Source of the DNA: Candidatus Dormiibacterota bacterium
GTDB lineage: Bacteria > Chloroflexota > Dormibacteria > Aeolococcales > Aeolococcaceae
Reading direction: 5' to 3'
DNA: 64,000 nt
Assembly (NCBI GenBank): GCA_963709585.1
Contig: CAVPXI010000014.1
Location: 96,001 to 160,000, forward strand
Under the pieces are notes generated by a model. That model saw only the letters and a program-made list of their open reading frames with translations, was not told the origin of the DNA and made no database searches. A program made the position numbers and the translations under genes. The stretch's first letter is position 1. Each line of letters starts with the position of its first letter. This document shows positions 62,896 to 64,000 of this stretch, piece after piece.

Positions 62896-63037
62896 AAAGC
62901 GGATGTGGCCTGACCGGCCCCGTCTGGGACCGTCTCCTGAATACAAACAGCACGTTCGCGCCGTCAGGATCTGACTGGTCGTGACTCCCGGTTGGCATCG
63001 GCGTTGGCATCAAGCCGGGTGTCCATCGCAATCGCGG

Positions 63038-64000
63038 TCATTGGAACCAGCCGTCGACGTCGAGCGCGGCGTTGATGTTGCCCGCGGCGTTGAAGAGGTT
63101 GACGTCACCGACATGCGCGCCTGAGGCCAGGCCCACGACCACCAGGTTGGGCAAGGCGATGCCCGGGTTCACGTTGAGGTCCGAGACGTTTGGCTTCGGG
63201 CTCGCATCGGCCGGGTAGACCGTGAGATAGGTGGGCTGGCCGCCGCTCACCGCGGTGAGCGTGGCGATGATCGCCACCGGCCCGCTCCCTGGGATCCCGT
63301 CGACACCGGCAACGGTCACGAGCAGGGTCCCACCCGAGGTCAACTGGTGCCCCGAGCACAGGGTGCCGGTCCCGCTTCGGGTGTCGCAGATCCGGGTCGG
63401 CCCGATCGCCTGATACTGCGCCCCGGTCGGTGGACTGCCCGTCGTCGACCCGAACCAGCCGCTCGCGTCCAGGACCACGTTGATGGAGCCGGCCGCGTTG
63501 TACACGCACACATCGGTGCCCGGTCCACCGCTGTGGCTGGGGCCGAGGGGCACCATCACCCGGTTGGCCAACGCCTCGCCCGCCGAGACGTTGATGGTCG
63601 ACGAGGCGGGCACGCTGGTCAGACAGCTGCCGTTGCTCTGGGTCGGGAAGACACTCAACCAGGTGGCTTGGGTTCCTGCCACCGCGGTCAGGTTGAGCAC
63701 CGCCGCCCCGGCGCTGCCATTGGTCGGGATGCTCGCCGGCGTGCCGCTCACCCCGGTCGGGATGTCGGTGACATTTACGCGCATTACCTGACCGGAGCCC
63801 AGCCTGTTGTCGGTGCTCTGTCCCAGGTTGCAGCCGTTGGCCGGCTGCTTGGCACGGGTGTCGCAGACCCGCAGCGGCGCGATCGCATGGAACTCCCCCG
63901 CCGGGTTGCTCGACGCCTGGGGCACGAAATACCCCTCGACGTCAGCCACGACGTTGAGCGTGCCCAGGGCGTTGTAGATGTTGACCTCACGCTGGGCGTC
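63038..64000 (-). CDS. C-terminal part of a surface protein with PxRxCDTR beta-sandwich modules, paralogous to 18670..20982; starts outside the window
   Basis: ADVEGYF, GEFHAIAPLRVCDTR, TDVCVYNAAGSI, QAIGPTRICDTR and LDVDGWFQ closely match the same modules at 20070-20982. Confidence 0.85.
   Translation of the reverse strand, partial: DAQREVNIYNALGTLNVVADVEGYFVPQASSNPAGEFHAIAPLRVCDTRAKQPANGCNLGQSTDNRLGSGQVMRVNVTDIPTGVSGTPASIPTNGSAGAAVLNLTAVAGTQATWLSVFPTQSNGSCLTSVPASSTINVSAGEALANRVMVPLGPSHSGGPGTDVCVYNAAGSINVVLDASGWFGSTTGSPPTGAQYQAIGPTRICDTRSGTGTLCSGHQLTSGGTLLVTVAGVDGIPGSGPVAIIATLTAVSGGQPTYLTVYPADASPKPNVSDLNVNPGIALPNLVVVGLASGAHVGDVNLFNAAGNINAALDVDGWFQ

Noticed and set aside
62838-62937. Intact functional tRNA-Ser
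   Set aside because: The 5' part (GGAGACGG...) pairs poorly with the acceptor 3' strand, lacks a canonical D-arm, is too long and breaks the anticodon stem.

Overview
High-GC bacterial chromosomal window, probably from a soil Terrabacteria lineage such as Dormibacterota, Chloroflexota or Actinomycetota (inferred from gene content only). It looks like a long-read assembly with uncorrected indels. Left to right it holds: a sugar ABC permease and divergent binding lipoprotein; a methyltransferase; an atypical heme-copper oxidase operon (cupredoxin, subunits II, I, III-like/CtaG, TlpA, heme O synthase); a TauE/SafE exporter; an Fbp/Afu-type ABC transporter with a COG4280-like permease; secreted hydrolase and surface proteins; a 20-kb polysaccharide locus (Gfo/DegT/acyltransferase trio, priming transferase, MurJ, Wzy-like, Wzc-like, phosphatase, GT4, sulfotransferase-like, deacetylase) ending in a ~2500-aa multidomain protein; tandem lysozyme-like paralogs; signalling genes (PAS-GGDEF-EAL, STAND adenylate cyclase); small accessory genes; and a 3' tRNA-Ser fragment resembling an att site. 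Three signals stand out. (1) The A-family oxidase has lost its K-channel residues in subunits I and II, has a rebuilt D-channel mouth (D132N/N139E equivalents), and is paired with a cupredoxin carrying an unusual ligand set. (2) The giant surface protein is built largely from catalytically degenerate deacetylase and phosphoesterase domains and is encoded by the polysaccharide locus. (3) Eleven of 14 inferred indels are an extra A within GASTC, the likely footprint of an adenine modification at that motif. All calls come from reading motifs by eye; no searches were run.
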